Translations under genes and position numbers: made by a program
Source: the human T2T-CHM13v2.0 reference genome, Homo sapiens
Length of the DNA: 64,000 bases
Direction: 5' to 3' (one strand)
Assembly: GCF_009914755.1 (NCBI RefSeq)
Contig: NC_060942.1
Shown: positions 57,891-64,000 of the stretch, in pieces
Numbering within the stretch: position 1 is the first letter of the stretch
Layout of the letters: every line of letters begins with the position of its first letter
The notes under the pieces: model-generated
The model's database searches: none
Told to the model about the DNA's origin: nothing
What the model saw: the letters and a program-made list of their open reading frames with translations, nothing else

Positions 57891-58849
57891 TTTTTAATAA
57901 CTTCCATTTACTTGATGAAAATGTTTTTATAATAGAAAATTACTATAGAAATATGCCCACAAAATTATTCTGAAAGATTTCAAATGCTTCTATTTTATCA
58001 AAGTAGCTTTGGCATCTATAATTTTTTTAAAAGAAAAAATTTCAAAAGGTAGCATTGTGTGGGCAGGGGTTATTAAGTTTATAAAAGCTGCATTTTAAGT
58101 ATAATGATAACTCACATACGTAGTTTATTCACATGTATCTGTTTTGAAAGGTAGACTTTTCTAAGCAGAATCCCTCAATAAGAATATTAATATCTGTTTA
58201 CACTTTGAGATATTACCATACTACTCTCTGGTGTTGTTTTAACAATTATATCATACACTAGAAATCTATGAAAGTAGTATTTTCCCTGAATCTTTGTAAA
58301 CATTGGCAGTCAGTATTTTATTTTAAGGAAAGTGTTAGGCATTAAATAAATTCACATTGCTGTTTAATTTACAAATGAATTTACAATATTTTAATGGCCA
58401 TTACAATTTCTATTCTTTGTTATATGCAGGTAAGTTTTTCTGTTTTCTTATTTTTATTTTGATATGTTAATCTGTTTCTAAATTATTTGTAAGAGCACTT
58501 TATAGAATAGGATTATCAACACATTATTTTAAAATTCAGTGTTTCAGTATACTGATTTGTTATAAGTATTTCCTTCTAGTTAAGCATGTGCTACTAGATT
58601 TGCTTATGGTATTTTTGATAAAAATTAATGATAATATTTTTATCATTTTATTTTATACTTAATTCCTCTAGAGTTTCCTGTGATGGAAATAAATTAATGT
58701 ATCTAATATTTATTCAAAAAAGTGATGAACTATCATAGCATATTGAGAAGTGTTTGCAATTTTTTCATACACATACACAGTGATGACTAGAAAGAACCTG
58801 TTTTAATCACATGGGCTATATAATTTACATTGGAGATTTTAATGTCACT

Positions 58850-59590
58850 ACAAGGAAGTGACATTCCATCTCAGACCTAATGGAAAAATGAGAGTTTGAA
58901 AAGGCTTAATGGAAGGGTAGGGAGAAAAACATTTCAGACAAAAGATATTGAATCTCTGACAATTATATAGGAGGAAATTTTGGTAATATAGTAAAAACTG
59001 AAATAAAATTAATATGTCTTCAGTGGAGAAAGCAATGTGTGGGGGATGAGGGTATCATACAAGATGTCATCATCAAAGATTATGGACAACATTATGGAAG
59101 CCATGGTAAGCCATGAGGAGGAATTTATATCTTATTAAGTCCAAAAGAAACCATTACAAAGTTGTAAGCAGCAAAGTATATTTTGTGATTTATATTTGGA
59201 AAAGATCACTCAGTTGCTATATGATAACGATACAGGAGAAAGGCAGGCAGTGAGATTAGGTAGAAGCTTACAGCAGAACAAGAGAGATATTTACCATGTG
59301 TCTTGCAAGTAAATAGAGAGATAGAAATGCAGGAGAAAGGATCATTAAGTCCTCATGATGAATTTGCTTGAAGTATTAAGGAAGTGGTAAAGGTATTGAC
59401 AGTTTTTAAAACCTAGACTAACAGATAAACCAGTGAAAAAATTTTCACTGAAATTAATGAGACCAATAAAAAAAATTTAGAATTCAACTTTGAATTTGGA
59501 ACATGAGATATATAAGAACACATATTAAGTAGAGATTTGCATGTAGGAGTCATAAGCTTAGAATAAAATGAGATATAACACACAGATAGG
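58850..59590 (-). mobile_element. L2 fragment
   Basis: gccatggtaagccatgaggaggaattt...tttggaaaagatcactc. Confidence 0.6.
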
Positions 59591-59665
59591 CAAAGACACT
59601 TATGAACTAATTTTTAAATTTTTTTTATTTTTATTGGTTTACAGCTGGTACATAAGAAAGCTGTT

Positions 59666-59702
59666 TGTGTGTGTGTGTGTGTGTGTGTGGGTGTGTGTGT
59701 GT
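59666..59702. repeat. (TG)n microsatellite, one interruption
   Basis: Direct reading. Confidence 0.93.
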
Positions 59703-60579
59703 AATCATGTTGAACCTGACATTGTAATGAACTTTCATATTAGTTAACATAGGTTGTTACATAAACATCATCACAAATTCTTTGTATTAGTTTCTTCATC
59801 TATTACATTTATTTATTTAAGTCTCTTTATATTAGAATAAAATCTTTTCAGAAAAAAAGTTACAAAAAACTGTGATAGAGAATATCCATTTTTGCTCCAG
59901 ACTTCTACAGGAATATCTTTTATTTTTGATATCTAATACAGATTGGCCTCACTGACACAATCAAAATTACCTGTTATTTTCACTTTTTTAAAGCTCTAGA
60001 AATAATACAGAATACTGCTAGTGAGATTTCTGATGCTGCTGTTGTGGAATGTTAACTATAATGCCAGTATCCTTCTGAAAAATTGAGAAATATATTTTTA
60101 TACTAACCTAGTCTTTTTATTCTCTCTTCAGCATCCCAATCCTCTTCCACTCTTTACCAGAGATTGTCAGCTTACTCTAACAGAGTGTGATGACTCTGGG
60201 TGAACAATTAAAGGTGAAATCAAGAAATGCTGCCTTGAGATCATTCTGCTTTCCCTCTGCCCAACATAAACTTACTTGATACTTAGGACTTTCTCTGGAG
60301 CTTTATGCTGACCTTGGATCACCACATGCAATTAGGTCAGTGTATTAAAAATAAGATCTGCCTTTTCAGATTTAAAATCAGGCCAGCACTTTGGTGCCTA
60401 TGCTTCTATTTCTTGTTGCAGAGGATAATGATACTGAAGAATTTGATATCCTTTCCGATGAAACGCAGCTCTCTTCTACCCATATTCATTGTTCTGCTGA
60501 AGGAGAAGCCTCTGTTTCATGAGTGAAAGTGTCGGGGAGTCACTCATAGTCTCTAGCGCCAGACCAAAAGGTCAAAATG

Positions 60580-60740
60580 AGGTTTGACCTTGGACAAGTT
60601 ACTTCCTCTCTGTGTGCCTCAGTTTATTTTTGCTAAATGGGATGACGGGACACATGTCATAGGGTTGTTATAAAGATGAAATGAGCCAACCCACTTAAGC
60701 ACTCTTACAGTGTCTAGCATTGTTTAACCCAAACTGTTAT
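60580..60740 (+). mobile_element. MIR
   Basis: tgaccttggacaagttacttcctctctgtgtgcctcagttt...catagggttgttataaagatgaaatgag. Confidence 0.85.
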
Positions 60741-62061
60741 TATTCTTGTCATAGTTGTTATCCCTGCCTTGACACTTAAAGAGTTGTGTGACTTTGGATC
60801 CCCTGAGCTTTCATTGCTTTATTTCTATAATAAGAATGAAACCCTACTTTTCAATAATTACTTGGAATAATAAAATCTATATTGAATGTGTACTTCTCTG
60901 GCTGAACTAAAGAACAAATAATCATGTGTGAATAAACAGGACAAAAACACTTTAATTTGGCCTCTTCAAAAGTGAGCGGAGAGACTTGGATACTCCCAGA
61001 GCAATCCCCGTTAGGTTTATTCTACCACTGGAAAGAATAGATACTTCTCTCATTGTATAAAAAATGTGTTTCATTTGTGTTTATAACAATCTCAACATTG
61101 GTTCAGCAGATCAAAGATTGAGCAGGTTTTGTTTTAACATTTTTCTATGTGGCTAAGCTGGGAGATAGAAATGTGTCCATTTCATCTGGCATTTAAAAAT
61201 GGGAACAATGGGAACTTGATATAAAATGACTGTTAACTTGAAAACTAAAACTGTCACTATTGTTTTAAAATTATTTCAAAGATTTCTATGAAAAATGTCC
61301 AATTATTATTTCCTAAATTTTTTTGTTTATAATAAAAAGACAAATGCATTTTTATAATTACTTGGAGAAAATTATGAACTCTGTCAGTTATTGCCTCTGT
61401 GATTCTCTATCATGATAAAATTTAACATTTACTGCAAGCTCTCTGGTAAAGTGGTATCTTTCAATTCCGAATCTTTCATACTAGTTAAATTTCAAGATTC
61501 ACACACATATCTATGTGTATATATATATATGTTCATTTATACAAACATGTTTATTTCTACCAGATTTCTTTTTTCTTTTAATTTTTTGCTGACAAAAGAA
61601 ATGAACACTTATAGTAATGCATTTACCTTTACCTTTTAAAACTAAAAGTTAAAAAATAACAATAATTAAGCAGTCTAGTTATTTATTAAAAGTACATTGT
61701 CTCACTTCTGTTCCAAGCATATTGGCTTTTTCTTAATCAGTCTCAGCAATCTCCTTTATGTCTTAGAGGTGGTATTTTTTTTTTCAAATATTTTTTATCA
61801 TCAGTCCACACTATTTTGAGCCCTATTTGCCTCTTCCCTGTACAACTCTTATTCATCCTTCATTAGCAAAGATTTCATGGCCCTCTTTTGGGAGAAGTTC
61901 CTCTGTGGCCTAACACACAGGACAGTTTTCTTCTCAGACCTTGCCACATGAATAGTTAAATTACTATTATTTGGGCTTTGTTGTTGTTGTTTAAAGCAAA
62001 GAATACATATTTTTAACTGACTGCATTATTCATTAAGAAAGTCCTTAACTTTCTTGGCTGA

Positions 62062-62589
<528 letters not shown>

Positions 62590-62636
62590 TAATAAAACCT
62601 ACAATAAGTTGTATGTGATAGATCGACTGCAAATAG

Positions 62637-62662
62637 TAATAATAATAATAATAATATAATAA
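62637..62662. repeat. (AAT)n microsatellite
   Basis: Direct reading. Confidence 0.85.
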
Positions 62663-63109
62663 CGTCAACACCTAAAATTCATATCTTAAATCTGTATTAG
62701 GCCTTTGCTATTCAAAGAGATTTGCATTCATCACCACATTTTGTCTTCTTTAAACTAAAGAAGATGAACTCCAGAAATATTAATAACTAAGCCTAGAACA
62801 TTCAGCTTCTAAGGAACCAGATACTTGAGCAATGAGCTTCTAGATTCAATTGTTATTACATTAATAGTGACTTCTTCTACAGTAATTCAATTAATATTTT
62901 TCTAAAATTATCACGTCATACTTTTATACCTTCAGCATTGCAAGGCAAGTGCTCTTCTCTTCAACAGCATGGATAACACCAGAGGGATAAGGATCTGAGC
63001 ATATTTCCCCATTGAGGCAACAGCTGAGGGAATGAGTCCTGTCTTCAAAGTTTGAAGCAAACTCAGCTCAGTAATTTTTATTTTAAAAATGCATAAATTA
63101 TTAGTAGTC

Positions 63110-63240
63110 ACATTTGTGCACTGGGAAACTAAGATTCAGAAAATTTAAGAACTTATTACAAGATCATTAAATGAGCAAGTAGGAATTCAAACTCAGGATT
63201 TTCTGATTATAAATTCGACAGACTTCCCATTATACCAGAA
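63110..63240 (-). mobile_element. MIR
   Basis: gggaaactaagattcagaaaatttaag...aggaattcaaactcagg. Confidence 0.65.
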
Positions 63241-64000
63241 GTGAGAAATTTATTATCTTTGGGTAGAACAAAAAAGAGAGATTTTTAAAAAAATGTCTAC
63301 CACTTTAATTTTCATTTAAGAAAGGCATTTGACCATGAAAATCCCTTAGATTACCTGTTTAGCTCAGACTGAATGACCCGGAAAAGCAAAAACAGCTAAA
63401 CTCACCAAAAATTCACATCTTCATGACTGCATTCTTCGTAAGTATTGGAAAAGTGGAATACCTGTGGTTTCATGAAAGATTTTAGAGGAATAAGACATCA
63501 AAGGGTTTTTCACTTTCATTTAAAGATTGCAATGGCTAATTATTCATGTTCAGGAGACAGTATGCAGAAAGCTGCTGGTATAATAAACTTGGTGATTATA
63601 AAATTAAATTAGCTTACGCTTCAAGTGAAAATATTTATAATGTATAACGAGTAAGCACGGGAGATACTGCTGCCAGAAGTTAGAAGAGTAATATTAACTC
63701 TTCTTTTAAGAACTATCAGGAAAAAGAAATTATGTAGGCATTGAGTTTGTAGATTCCCTAGACAAGTAAATCTGCACAGGTTTCTAAAGTTAATTTGTAC
63801 TAGCTACTTAATTAGAGCCTCTAGGCTTGTTCTGTGAGAGACAGGGACATTTCTAGTGAGTGTTGTTGCACATCCTCAATGATTAAAGAGATTTTTGACC
63901 CCGAATGCTCACATCTGGCAAACATACATCAAAGGTTAGAAACTCATAATCTACTTTATTTCATAGTAGAGAACTGAAATTTATCAGTATGAATTGAGAA

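Noticed and set aside
60568-60591. AGGTCA...TGACCT inverted half-sites
   Set aside because: Spacing of about 10 bp is non-canonical and one half derives from MIR consensus.

Overview
AT-rich, repeat-dense primate genomic DNA, very likely human given an AluYb-lineage element. It reads as intronic or intergenic: I find no supportable protein-coding gene, RNA gene, CpG island or CRISPR array. The listed ORFs are Alu, L1 or Tigger1 remnants or chance frames. Much of the window is retroelements (Alu, L1PA/PB/MA/MB/MC/ME, L2, MIR, MaLR and ERV1 LTRs) and DNA transposon relics (Tigger1, MER47, MER46, MER58, half MADE1). Subfamily names come from recalled consensus sequences, and boundaries of old repeats are approximate. 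Four structures go beyond ordinary repeat annotation. (1) A non-Alu inverted repeat with ~360-bp arms at 28804-29596, whose right arm holds a well-formed 46-nt exon-like cassette and whose left arm is its antisense copy with a dead acceptor. (2) A 34-bp-arm fold-back hairpin inside a MER4-group LTR, built from an inverted copy of that LTR's own poly(A)-signal region. (3) A 37-bp sequence copied 6.5 kb to the 3' end of an L1MA. (4) A base-precise twin-primed L1PA inversion. Functional roles proposed for these are inference.
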